IMG/VR virus record: IMGVR_UViG_3300047499_000113
Span: 1 to 64,000 of that record
Length of the DNA stretch: 64,000 nt
Strand: one strand, 5' to 3'
A program made the position numbers and the translations under genes. Positions 37,801 to 46,175 of this stretch are shown here, piece by piece (positions within the stretch are counted from its first letter, which is position 1; each line of letters begins with the position of its first letter). The notes below the pieces were generated by a model. The model did no database searches, was not told where the DNA came from, and saw nothing but the letters and a program-made list of their open reading frames with translations.

Positions 37801-38116
37801 CAACGACGGCCGCAAGCGTCACCTGAGGATCCGAAGCGTCTAGCGTCGCGTTGCCAAGTGCCAGAGTCGTCGAATTCGGCACCGCCGCGATGGGAAAAGT
37901 GCCATCATTGCGTCCGTGCGGACTGCCGGAGATGGTGATCGTCTTGCCGATGAAGGTCAGGTCGAACGATGCAGTCGGGATCTGCACCAGGTTCGGACCG
38001 ATGACCATGAGGTTGGAGCCTGTGAGCAGCGGGAGTGGCTGCTTGACGATCACACCCTTGTTGGTGAACAAGGTGCGGTCGCGCACAGACTGGAGGGCGG
38101 AGAGCGGGACAGTCAT
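31874..38116 (-). CDS. Giant virion protein (2080 aa) with 15 His-pair helical repeats and lectin-like beta domains
   Basis: Repeats DL-x7-N-xL-x3-(F/Y)N-xH...GVH-x3-D in clusters of 3, 3 and 9; beta-sandwich segments; INAA...LGL modules. Confidence 0.75.
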   Translation of the reverse strand: MTVPLSALQSVRDRTLFTNKGVIVKQPLPLLTGSNLMVIGPNLVQIPTASFDLTFIGKTITISGSPHGRNDGTFPIAAVPNSTTLALGNATLDASDPQVTLAAVVALANNIKAEFNAHVVNGGTGAPPYVHGTIDPADVVLAQNSVDLSSVIILLNELLPKFLNHIGLTGGVPPVHLNPDSQDVVLLPPASNLASAFYLANALRQAYELHRDSGVYHYERDTVDRVTVPSAQVAFQSGVNIGPFNWVLSDPRIGEVADSPADVQVFVNGIETSVDAVFGLLGAVVLTNTPQPTDTVTINYDFLGNPPTQFQRLNSPEFVLNESGNRGFMGVPGYTYRAKATLVDPTNALPTIKSPYQPLRTGWKYKMLQRSYSAVLNDPNTLLLNVPTNRVFFPVLNAEVFEVVIRYDPTALPDQATDPWTLEGQGTMSLAPGGTGLTIVDSNPSPGPGIEPPFYTHPIDLTFDSTVSAAFRVSVSQTVPDGTFTGVGFGLADGQKVALVGLLLTDANNLSSAIAMVNDLSAAFDAHLILTGVHRPNDTIDTVDIVNATDLTSLIILANRLKVLMNQHMSYGGGHIHVLADSADQITAPDSTDLPSALALVNQLRDNLNTHLTAPGIHYNNDTVNSVGLVQQIGFLTNSGFPEFEDSWVSGAVNWSIDATYRIFRDSEGNVSLYTSGAVVPTASVTHAQLPATSDVDIRLNPMSQVFFGAVWRRSTSTSKWAFIRVDVTPIDEDQIGDNKAVDYEPTVLPELDPTAPWITIGQSGFERLSLNKLVLDSTASAPLDDIAALGMTTGAYRGFLRLEPILTRVAASTVEFTASLGFYTFSLDNKGAGVFIDDDIFSTWLLFLQDTPSAATVTGTSTQPFGIATNDTAIIGIGSAEPITVTFTSPATTTAQVSTVINAAVGFALAADNGSGAIVLTDQTLGANSQLRLLGGNALEKLGLALGTYFGRDSNPEPKVSWFGATFPDQDTPDWVASGSQASEMLGRTMRITDSSTSDFLVYTLNNTLYTSPVFNPAVDWKVDFRLAVVSFTPGNPIVSGTNLQFAGVLVNVDEGTSGKNVELQYAVDQFGGTYINVLSYNSTTGFLDQQAAFPFAWNDGQIHSVDLFTNKTAGICIVLGDNISLGNFSYNSLHPGVVGPAMTFGSGGTAVGNGDPSTAMSVVDWRSVCGFRDLKVADPTAASRRFIGIYSGGDPSLLASYYISQVDWTQSHTYRVVRDPSGNVSVFLDGGNIPVISINYDAIKLPGVAASFLQPITGNRECIAFGCFDPEEIARVIWGPIKYSIGKLTLTNRLIPPHQTLNQANAVVSPEHLHTQLPHEHAGFTVYSGGTPSDDFLSNPALAAFTNLGEGTPPVPMTQDLQSRGGLSKTATLQEAVPALQFVDESGFLSDLEDDTTNATSSDTPITELISIVFTQVIPTFNNHLISPGVHQTNDPGDTVPIPGMFNLPNAISAMNQVRTNYEAHRVAAGVHVIADTLFAITAPPATDAPSLATLVQNFQQVFVEHVERTWPHNVIDIINLEPLTASDLPTLITLSNDLQAFYNAHLSEVGVHVRPDTVDISTAPPCFDLPSALALLPDIETQFNRHIVNVDRPNAPGVHKGIDRFNSDSDSPPVDLPTGITFANNLANHYNQHILVQDSHLIVDLEGYNLGTAFVVQPFLAGTLVVLNNLLAAFNKHVVQYRVHLSNDQFDAVLLPPAVDLPTGIALANALKANFNAHRVAVVNDSDAPAHVMNDTVNVVTAPDAVDEGTMAVLADAINLAYNLHLTQPGVHGNSIFIHIDPPSGVLYENLKFFPITTGEAGLVAPFSDDETLHMGGLKYQTDHTLSYEGGSFPEQVNLVGANVQPFSIEAGDNLSIAIDTNPPIIVQFQATDTTIGAVVSRINGTPGIPANFASNNGDGRLRLTSPTIGPPSSIFVGGPASIKLGLDVAQFTPFVLAADNPGAVTLQLLSVGVTDFLRYSTTGTGTKTVYISPSGLPDATSLDFDVTFSVRINAAVPDPITGDTNIYIGISGMAGPGFTAAIGFDTVNSVNFIKIQDLNANKCLFRRAFNWADGNFHTYKLIRTAATNSFSIAVLS

Positions 38117-40158
38117 CAGGCGCTCACGATCTCGTTTCCGTAGAGGTCCTGCACTCCGTAGATATCAAGAGAGTATTGGGCTTTGGCCATTCCGATGACG
38201 TTGATGCTCAGAACTCTATCGTCGACCCACTCCGAGCCCTTCGTCAACAGTCCCGGTGGCCCAGTAATGACGATGTCCGCCGGCGTGAGTGCGGCCGGGC
38301 GGATGGGTTTAGAGAAGTAGACTTGCACGGCGTCCTGCTCCCAGCGAACACCATTGTTCGTATCGACTACGCCAATCTTCGGGATGGCCGACGCTACGAA
38401 TGGAGGCGGCTCCACACCGATGAAGGGAGCCTGGATCATGAACCTCCTCGGCACGGTGCCGTTCCTCACGTCGATGAAGGAATACTGCGATTGCGCCTTC
38501 ACCTGATAGGCCGCACCGTTGAGCATCCCGAGGTCGATCTGAAGAGTGTCGTAGAGTTTGGCCGAGTAGAGCGACACGCCAGCGGAATTGTGAACGCCCA
38601 CGTTCACGTTGTGCGCCGTGAACGAGTTGGTCAGCCGCTCGAGAAGCAGAACGGCGGAGGGGAGGTCCGTCGCGTACCGCATCCGGACCAAGTTCGGATC
38701 CGGATAGTTGTGGTAGACAGTCGAGCTGGCGTGGTCGAGGTAGATGTCGCGCACGCGGTTGACTGCGGCGATGGCCGAAGCGAGACTGGCTACCGGGAAT
38801 TCGCTCGGCAAGAAGTAGTTGATGAAGTCGGGTTGCACATGTCCCGCGCCGTACGGCGTCGTGATGTGCTGATTGTACGACTGCATCAGGTCGGTGACGG
38901 CCAGAACGAGAGCCTGGATGGAAGCGGTGACGTCGGCTCCGTCTGTAGGAACAGCGCTCGTTGGTCCAAGCACTGAAAGACTTTGGAGTGCCGGAAGCTG
39001 GATTCCCTGCGAGAATCGGAAACCCGCTTGTTGCGGGATCACCTGAGTGCCGACCACACGAGGCGGCGTCGCCAGAGGAAGAACTGAAATGCTGCCTGTG
39101 TAATCACCAGGATTCGTTGTACGAGCGAGATCTTCGCTTTGAATTTGCGCAGTCAGCTGGTACGACGGATTCGGGCTCGTCGCCGCGACCTCCACCTGGG
39201 CGAAATACGTGCAGGTATCCACCGCCGGGAACGCGAGGCCGTCCTGTGCCGAACTCCAATCGCGCACCGACTTGATGACCACGGGCGAACCGTTGGACGT
39301 CACCGTCCAGTTCGCGGTGTTGATGACCTCAGCATGGGCCATCGTGCAGCTGAAGAACACGTTGATGAAGGCGCGGTTGTACCCGCTGGGTGCGTCGGAA
39401 ACGCTGTCGACCCATGCATCGATGATCTGCGGCTGGCTGAGGACAGCGTATGTGTAAGGCTGCGGTGCCCGCAAAGTCAGTGACAGAGGGATAGTAGCCT
39501 GCACTTGATTGTACGACCCGTCGACCACGTCCGCGAACGAGATGGTGTAGCTCGAGGCTGTGTCCATCGCCGGATTCAGCTCGAACCGAAGGACGTTGGC
39601 CGGGAACGATCCATCCCACGGAATGCGGGTCATGGGTTGAGGTGTCCCTCCCATTGCCGCCTGGATGGTCGCTGTGCACGCTGGAGAACTCGGACCTACG
39701 GACCGGTCGAAATAGATGTCGACCATATTCCGGAGCGAGAGAAACGCTCCGATGGCCAGAGGAGGGTTCGGCACGTTTGCCCGAAAGTTTCCAGCACTCG
39801 GAGTCACACTGTTGCCATCTGGACTCGTGACGCCGACGATGGAGAGCGCGTAGACCGTCTGGAATGTGAGCGACTGATTGAGCGTGAGGGCGACGGACCT
39901 ATGGTCCGCGTCGTAGAAAGAGACGGTGACTACGACCGGGACGTAGTTCGGGACCGGGCCGCTGACGGCGAGCATCGAGTAAGCGCCCGGTTGAAGGGCG
40001 GACTCGTCAACTTGGTCGTCGAACTGAACTCGAATAGTTCGCTGATCAAGCACGTGCGGTGTGAACCCGAACGGCAGAGGCGGAAACTGGCCGATACCGC
40101 CAAGAACGATCTTGCCTAGCTGGCTACCGGCGCCTCCGAGCTGTCCAGTGAACGGCAT
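38116..40158 (-). CDS. Virion protein with Ig-like (Big_5-type) domains and three His-pair repeats
   Basis: TIRVQFDDQVD, VDIYFDRSV, VQVYFSKPI...GVQDLYGN Ig-like patterns; YNQH...GH, YLDH...YH, FTAH...GVH. Confidence 0.7.
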   Translation of the reverse strand: MPFTGQLGGAGSQLGKIVLGGIGQFPPLPFGFTPHVLDQRTIRVQFDDQVDESALQPGAYSMLAVSGPVPNYVPVVVTVSFYDADHRSVALTLNQSLTFQTVYALSIVGVTSPDGNSVTPSAGNFRANVPNPPLAIGAFLSLRNMVDIYFDRSVGPSSPACTATIQAAMGGTPQPMTRIPWDGSFPANVLRFELNPAMDTASSYTISFADVVDGSYNQVQATIPLSLTLRAPQPYTYAVLSQPQIIDAWVDSVSDAPSGYNRAFINVFFSCTMAHAEVINTANWTVTSNGSPVVIKSVRDWSSAQDGLAFPAVDTCTYFAQVEVAATSPNPSYQLTAQIQSEDLARTTNPGDYTGSISVLPLATPPRVVGTQVIPQQAGFRFSQGIQLPALQSLSVLGPTSAVPTDGADVTASIQALVLAVTDLMQSYNQHITTPYGAGHVQPDFINYFLPSEFPVASLASAIAAVNRVRDIYLDHASSTVYHNYPDPNLVRMRYATDLPSAVLLLERLTNSFTAHNVNVGVHNSAGVSLYSAKLYDTLQIDLGMLNGAAYQVKAQSQYSFIDVRNGTVPRRFMIQAPFIGVEPPPFVASAIPKIGVVDTNNGVRWEQDAVQVYFSKPIRPAALTPADIVITGPPGLLTKGSEWVDDRVLSINVIGMAKAQYSLDIYGVQDLYGNEIVSA

Positions 40159-40169
40159 AAGGCACCTTA

Positions 40170-41795
40170 CTAGAAGGTAGCGATCAGCATCCAGTCATTT
40201 TGCCCGTCGCTGACAAACATGTAGGAGGTGCGTGAACTGACGGGTGTGAACGAGAGCCCAGTCTGCCCGTCCATTGTGTCCGCCCCGGTTGGAACCAAGC
40301 CGACTGCATTCGTCGAGGTCGCGATGGCCTTGACCACGATGGGAATGCCGTAGTAGAGAGCGGCCTCAGGGAAGAGGACGTTGACCGGCTGGTGCGTGGA
40401 ATTCACGCGCACGATCTGTCCGGGCTCCGCAAGGACAGTGATCGCCGATTGCTCAGGCGTGGGGGAATAGCTGGTGTTGATGGGCCCGGTGACGCCTTGC
40501 GGTCCCTGAATACCCGTAGCACCGATGGGCCCTTGAGGACCTGTGGCGCCTTGCGGTCCAGTCGGTCCGATGGCACCCTGAGGACCAATATCGCCGGTCG
40601 GGCCCTGTACACCAGTGGCTCCCGGGGGCCCGCCAAAAGGACCAGTTGGTCCTTGATCTCCCTGCGGCCCCGTGGCACCCGCAGGTCCGGTCGGACCCGT
40701 CGCGCCCGTGAGACCCTGGTTTCCTTGGGGGCCCTGGACGCCGGTCGCGCCTTGCGGGCCGGTCGCCCCAACAGGGCCAGTTGGCCCGAGAGGGCCGGTG
40801 AATCCGATAGGCCCGGGAGTCCCTTCGATACCCTGGACGCCGGTCGCTCCTTGGGGTCCCGTCGCACCTTGCGGGCCGACTGCACCCGTAGGGCCGGGCG
40901 GACCACCGAATGGGCCGGTGGGTCCTTGCGGACCAGCGGAGCCCGTTGGTCCGGCAGGCCCTGCAGGGCCTGTTGCACCAGCTTGACCGGTTCCCTCGAG
41001 CGCAATGGCTGAAAGGTTGCCCGCGTCGAACTGGATTTGGTTGCCACCTACGCTTCGCCACTGGACTTTGACGGTATACGTCCCGGCGGGAAGTTGAGTG
41101 CTAACAAAGTTGTTCGAGACAATTGCGGCTTCGTTAGTGTTCACCTCATTGCGCCGAATCTCCGAGCTAAGTTGCCCGTCGATGTAGAGAATGATGCCGA
41201 TGGACTCCGTGGTGCTAATCTGCTCCCACTGGATATCGGTTTGAGCGTAAATAGCGCAAGTTGCGCTGGTCGTAATAGTCGTGCCGAGCCCAGGAACATC
41301 GACAAACGACGTCGACGTAGTTGTGGCGGGCCCGACTGCAGATGCGTAGGCAGAATCGATCGGGTTGTTCGGACCTGCAGGCCCTGTAGCGCCATCAGCC
41401 CCGGTGGCTCCCGGGATACCCTGCGGCCCCTGGATTCCCTGCGGACCCTGAGGGCCAGTGGAGCCCTGCGGACCGATTGCCCCGGTTGGTCCCTGGACAC
41501 CGGTGGGCCCGATGGTGCCCTCGACGAAATTGGTCAGAGCGCCAGCAGTCAAAACGTGAGTGACAGTCGCTCCCGGGAGGTGCTGAGCCGGAGGCGTGTT
41601 CTCGATGCCGCGGATGACAGAGAAGACGCTGCCCTGAATACCCGTCACCAGCATCAACTCGTTGTCGATGCGGATGCGGAACTGCGGCGCCGGCGGGAAC
41701 TGGGTGACGTTCGTCGTCTGGACGTAGTTCGTCACTGCGTCCAGCGGCAGCTGCAGAGTCCCCTGGGCTGTGTTGGCAAATTGCTCTTGGGCCAT
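40170..41795 (-). CDS. Collagen-like tail fibre
   Basis: Two long Gly-X-Y tracts (approx. 41370-41520 and 40485-40995) flanking a beta-sandwich; fibre-type N-terminus ([10 protein letters not shown]...RGIENT) and gp34-like C-terminal repeat. Confidence 0.85.
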   Translation of the reverse strand: MAQEQFANTAQGTLQLPLDAVTNYVQTTNVTQFPPAPQFRIRIDNELMLVTGIQGSVFSVIRGIENTPPAQHLPGATVTHVLTAGALTNFVEGTIGPTGVQGPTGAIGPQGSTGPQGPQGIQGPQGIPGATGADGATGPAGPNNPIDSAYASAVGPATTTSTSFVDVPGLGTTITTSATCAIYAQTDIQWEQISTTESIGIILYIDGQLSSEIRRNEVNTNEAAIVSNNFVSTQLPAGTYTVKVQWRSVGGNQIQFDAGNLSAIALEGTGQAGATGPAGPAGPTGSAGPQGPTGPFGGPPGPTGAVGPQGATGPQGATGVQGIEGTPGPIGFTGPLGPTGPVGATGPQGATGVQGPQGNQGLTGATGPTGPAGATGPQGDQGPTGPFGGPPGATGVQGPTGDIGPQGAIGPTGPQGATGPQGPIGATGIQGPQGVTGPINTSYSPTPEQSAITVLAEPGQIVRVNSTHQPVNVLFPEAALYYGIPIVVKAIATSTNAVGLVPTGADTMDGQTGLSFTPVSSRTSYMFVSDGQNDWMLIATF

Positions 41796-41830
41796 TTTGC
41801 ACCCGCGCAGGGCGGTTATTCACAGGTGCA

Positions 41831-41842
41831 ATAAGAGCCCCA
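41831..41842 (-). promoter_or_regulatory. Candidate late-promoter motif (variant)
   Basis: TGGGGCTCTTAT upstream of 41795. Confidence 0.3.
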
Positions 41843-41844
41843 GA

Positions 41845-42690
41845 CTAGAAATCGCTGCTGTGATCTTCTCCGACCACTTGCTTGGCCCGTTTGAAGCCCG
41901 CGGTGTCCAACCCGGCGATCCCCTCGACGAACTTCCGGAAGTCCTCGTAGCTGTAGTTCGAGAGCGCGAAGGTGAACGAATCCGTCACCTTGGCTGGCTG
42001 CGGAGAGACCCCGTTCGGCCCGGGAGGTTGCTGCTGGCCGATGTAGGTATCTTGCAGGATATACTTGAGTCTGTAGAGCGTGTGCGCCGGACGGATGATC
42101 CCGAGCAGAAGTCGGATGTTCTTGTCGGCCAGGAAAATGTCGACGTTTTGGTTGGCGAACGGCAAGAAGATATCGACCTCGAAGCCGAACTCATCCGAGA
42201 TGTCGAGACCTGACGCCGGATTGCGCGCCTCGAGGAAGTTCTCCCGCACGATGACTGTGCCGCCAGTCACCAGTTCGACAGCCTTCTGAATGGACGCTGG
42301 AATGGAGCCCTTGAAGTAGATGGAGACGAGCTGCTGCAAGAACGCGCGAAATTGCAAATCAGTCTGGTCGATGGTCGGCATTTGGCCGGCGCCGTAGCCG
42401 AACGACTTCGGGAAAAGCATGACAGTGAGGACCTGCCACAGATACTCGCCGCGCGTCGCCGAGAAGTATGTGTCGTTCTGGATGTCCGAGAGCATGAGGC
42501 GGACTCGAGCCAGAGCGATAGCCATCGCCTTTAGCTCGCGCGCATAGTTCGGGCCGTCGATCTTCGAGGTGAAGTATGACGACAGAAGCGAAATGAGAAT
42601 GGTGAACTCGCGCTGAGTTTCCTGCAGGAGACGGTTGTTGTACTCCTCACCACTCTCGAAGACGTTCTGGTTAACCCGAACGATGGCCAT
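41845..42690 (-). CDS. Baseplate wedge protein, P2 gpI/XkdU-like
   Basis: Follows baseplate J; FRAFL...YFKGSIPASIQKAV...LLGIIRPAHT motif. Confidence 0.7.
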   Translation of the reverse strand: MAIVRVNQNVFESGEEYNNRLLQETQREFTILISLLSSYFTSKIDGPNYARELKAMAIALARVRLMLSDIQNDTYFSATRGEYLWQVLTVMLFPKSFGYGAGQMPTIDQTDLQFRAFLQQLVSIYFKGSIPASIQKAVELVTGGTVIVRENFLEARNPASGLDISDEFGFEVDIFLPFANQNVDIFLADKNIRLLLGIIRPAHTLYRLKYILQDTYIGQQQPPGPNGVSPQPAKVTDSFTFALSNYSYEDFRKFVEGIAGLDTAGFKRAKQVVGEDHSSDF

Positions 42691-45600
42691 CAGCTACCCG
42701 TTGCTGCTCGGTACGTGATGGTGAGGCTCCCCGGCGTGAGGTACTCGACCGACGAAGTCGAGATGTCCTTCGACCCAGTGTCCTTGTTGACGATGTAGGT
42801 CGCCGAGAACGTGTGGTTTCCCGGAACGTCAGGCGGCTGGATGCCATTGTTGAGCGAGATGACCACGTGATTGGCCGTCAAAGCGATTCTCGCCGCGGCG
42901 ATGGCAGACGGAGTGACGTATGTCGGGGCGAGCGTCGCATCGTCCGAGTAACCTTGGATGATGGCGCCCTGTGCGCCGATAATCCAAGCCTGTCCGACGG
43001 CGGAACCAACAGTTGCCAGTGACATCGCCGGCGTCATCTGCAGGTTGTCCATGAAGACGCCGTGGAAGATGGTCGCGGGACCGCCGCCGTCTGTCGTGTT
43101 GAACGGAAGAGCCTGCTGCAGAATGTAGACCGCATTGTTGAATTGAGACAGAGACGACAGGAAGATTCCGTCCGGAGGAATCGAATCACGCAGCCGCATG
43201 GCGCCCGTCGCCAAGGTAAGCTGCGTGAACGGCTGCACGATGAACTGCACGCCCGTGTCCGAGTCTTTGACCGTTTGGGTCATATCGGACTGATAGATCG
43301 TGCCGCCAACCGGCTTCGAGTCCGTGAGCACGGTGACTGCTGTACGGATGTTGCTATCGACCGATACCTGGTTAGCGTTGGGGTTGAGCTGCACGGTCAT
43401 CTCGGTCGACAGTGGATTTTCGACTGCCTGCTTGACCAAGACGTCGGCCGTCGCGTGCCGCATCGTCGCGTACTGCGACTGGAGCTGCTGCAGAACGTCG
43501 TTGATGACGTACGTAACGGCAAAGTTCTCGTCGTGTTCGTAGTCGACCGAGACCGTGGCTCCCGTAGGAATCGTGGAGCTGCTCGAACGCACGATTTGCA
43601 ACGGCGTGGTCTGCGTTCCAGGAATGATGAGATAATCGGCGTTCGGCGAACTCGGGCCGTTGTATTGGATGGTCCTGTCTTGCGAGTACACGTTCAAACT
43701 GAACGTGTTGACGCCGACCGAATCGAGCGGCTCGTTGATCTCTCCGATGAGAACGTGCAGCTCGTTGTTGACCGCGATGGATGCGCCAGAAGGAACCGAC
43801 CCGATTTGGTTGATCTCGATGTAGTCGGTCGCGATGGTGCTCTCTCCATCGATGAGAGGATCCTGCAGCTTGTACAGGGTGTACCCGTTGACCGAGTCGA
43901 GAGCGCCAGAAACCTGTCCGACGACTGACGTGACCCGCAAGATAGGCTGCAGAGTCGCCGTGAACTGGTTGTTGCTTCGGTACCGATAGTCGCCCTCGAT
44001 GAAGTCGTCGATGTTGGTGGTCGGCTGCGGAATGAGCGTCGAGAGCTGGATGGTGTTGTAGTTCAGGATGACGACGCCAGTCAGGTCGTATGCAGCGGTT
44101 GGCAGGATCGAGTGGTTGTAGAGCCCGAGGTCTTGCGACGGGTTGAAGAGCATCTGCTCTATCGGGTTGTTCTGCGAAAGCCGCGAGTCCTGCGCTTGGA
44201 AGATGAGATTGACGGCGTCGATGACGGTGAATTTGACGTTGTTCGCTTCCTGGAACTGGAAAGCGAAAGTCTCGGTCACCGTGCGCTCGTTGGTTCCCTT
44301 GACGTAGACATCGACTTTGCCGCCGATGTGCTTCATGCGCACTGGGTCCCAGTCGCGCTCCATGAACGGATCACCGGCCTGGATGACCGCCACTTGCAGG
44401 ACGCCGGGCGTCGCCAGAGCGGTCTTTTGGTAACCTCCGGGAGTGCCTGTGTCGAGCGACGACAAGGCATTCATCGACAGCTCGGCCACATCCAGGTTGC
44501 TGCCTTGGTCTTGGCCGAAGTTTGCTGACACCTCGTTGATCGTCTGCAGTCCGGTGGCTCCGGAGCTGACCGTGTCGAGAGATCCCGCCGGCACGTTCCC
44601 CGCGGAACCCGGCGTCTGTGCGATCATCTGAACGGTGATTTCGTACCGCTTGGTCTGCGGATTGTAGTACGCCTGCGCGTTGGCAGCCGAGAGCGTGACC
44701 TGTCCCTTGGTCACGAACGTCGGCGCCGCGGTATTCGTCGACGAGCTGACAATGGCTCCCTGGATGACGATGAGGTCCTTCGTCGGCAGAGCCGTCGTGT
44801 AGAAAGTCTGCGTCACCTGCGCCGGCAAAGGCCCGGGACGAGTCACACCGTAGTTCTGCGCGAGAGAATCGAACGCAGAGTTGATGATGGTCTGGACCGT
44901 CGCATCGTCGAAAACCGTGAGCGCCGTCTTGAGGTTCTGCTTGTACTGCGACTGCGCAACCGGGATGGAAATTCCAGTCAGGCCCGGGTCGTCGATGGCA
45001 AGAAGCGCCGGGAACGACTTGCTCCTCGAGACGAAGTCCGCCAGAAAGTAGGCTTTCTGGATTTCGTTCGAGAACGGCTCGATGTGAACCTCGCGGACGG
45101 TGCTGCCCGGGATGAGGCTCAGGGTCGGATTGGTCTTTTGGATCTCGCCGATGTAGTCCTGGGCGACCGAGCTTTGATCCCGGATGCGGATGCCGCGTAC
45201 TTGAGTATTGAGCGGCAGCGGCGCTCCCGTCAACTCCGCCGAGTAGCGACTCTCCTGAAGGACTCCTGTAGTCGTGTCGAAGTACACAGCCGTGATGACG
45301 TAATAGAGCGGCTGCGAGTTGTCGACCACCGAGAAGGTGTCGTTGTTCAGGATGCCGGATCCGAGGCTCGCCGTCCTGTCGTGGTTGAACAGGAAGTTGT
45401 TGACCTGCAGGAGCTTGGTGACCGTGACCTCGTACCTGTAGGCGTCAGCCGTGATTAGCGGGATGAAGTTCACCGCCTGCGTAGCGATGGTCTCCTGGGT
45501 CACGGGGTCTGTGGTCGTGGCCACGACCTTGAGCTGCGCCGTGTTGAAGTTGGCGACCGCCGGATTCGGGAAGTCGTAGCTGACGTCCGAGAGCGGGAGC

Positions 45601-46142
45601 AGAGTTGTGTCTGTACTGATGGCCGCGCTATATGGAATGAGGTCTTGGTTGAGCTTCAGGTACCCGGAGCCTGTCCCTTGGGAGCCCGTCGAGCAGTAGA
45701 CGTTGAAGCCGACAGGTGCGATGGGCGAAGAGTCGGACCAAACGATGTCGACGCTCGTCGCGTGCCTGTTCAGCGAGATTCCAGTCGGTGGCGACTGGAC
45801 GGTGAGCAGGTCGACATCCGTGACCACCGTCACAGTGATAGTCGAGGTTGGGCTCACGCTGCCATTGAGGTCGATGGCACGGAGCTGGATGGTATTGATC
45901 CCGAGGTTCAGCTGCAGGCCGGACGGAATGCTCGCCGGATTGGGGATCGTGAAATTCGGCAGCACGAGCTGCACGAGCGTTGGATCCGATACGAACCCCG
46001 CGCCGTTGACGTTGATCTGGACGTCGATCGTCGACGAATCGACCGAGCCCGAAAAGAACAACGCGAACAAGTTCGTGGTCATCACCAGGTTGATGGTGGT
46101 GCCAGAACCGTCAGGGAAGTTGATCAGGGGCGCGGTCGCCAT
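42690..46142 (-). CDS. Baseplate J-like (gp6/gp47-type) wedge protein
   Basis: Likely start ATG 46142; IPGSTVRE, DSLAQNYGVTR, AQTPGSAGNVPAG, GTPGGY...PGVLQV...GKVDVYV. Confidence 0.85.
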   Translation of the reverse strand: MATAPLINFPDGSGTTINLVMTTNLFALFFSGSVDSSTIDVQINVNGAGFVSDPTLVQLVLPNFTIPNPASIPSGLQLNLGINTIQLRAIDLNGSVSPTSTITVTVVTDVDLLTVQSPPTGISLNRHATSVDIVWSDSSPIAPVGFNVYCSTGSQGTGSGYLKLNQDLIPYSAAISTDTTLLPLSDVSYDFPNPAVANFNTAQLKVVATTTDPVTQETIATQAVNFIPLITADAYRYEVTVTKLLQVNNFLFNHDRTASLGSGILNNDTFSVVDNSQPLYYVITAVYFDTTTGVLQESRYSAELTGAPLPLNTQVRGIRIRDQSSVAQDYIGEIQKTNPTLSLIPGSTVREVHIEPFSNEIQKAYFLADFVSRSKSFPALLAIDDPGLTGISIPVAQSQYKQNLKTALTVFDDATVQTIINSAFDSLAQNYGVTRPGPLPAQVTQTFYTTALPTKDLIVIQGAIVSSSTNTAAPTFVTKGQVTLSAANAQAYYNPQTKRYEITVQMIAQTPGSAGNVPAGSLDTVSSGATGLQTINEVSANFGQDQGSNLDVAELSMNALSSLDTGTPGGYQKTALATPGVLQVAVIQAGDPFMERDWDPVRMKHIGGKVDVYVKGTNERTVTETFAFQFQEANNVKFTVIDAVNLIFQAQDSRLSQNNPIEQMLFNPSQDLGLYNHSILPTAAYDLTGVVILNYNTIQLSTLIPQPTTNIDDFIEGDYRYRSNNQFTATLQPILRVTSVVGQVSGALDSVNGYTLYKLQDPLIDGESTIATDYIEINQIGSVPSGASIAVNNELHVLIGEINEPLDSVGVNTFSLNVYSQDRTIQYNGPSSPNADYLIIPGTQTTPLQIVRSSSSTIPTGATVSVDYEHDENFAVTYVINDVLQQLQSQYATMRHATADVLVKQAVENPLSTEMTVQLNPNANQVSVDSNIRTAVTVLTDSKPVGGTIYQSDMTQTVKDSDTGVQFIVQPFTQLTLATGAMRLRDSIPPDGIFLSSLSQFNNAVYILQQALPFNTTDGGGPATIFHGVFMDNLQMTPAMSLATVGSAVGQAWIIGAQGAIIQGYSDDATLAPTYVTPSAIAAARIALTANHVVISLNNGIQPPDVPGNHTFSATYIVNKDTGSKDISTSSVEYLTPGSLTITYRAATGS

Positions 46143-46175
46143 GCCTACCCACAATACGGGGATAAGAACTGGATG

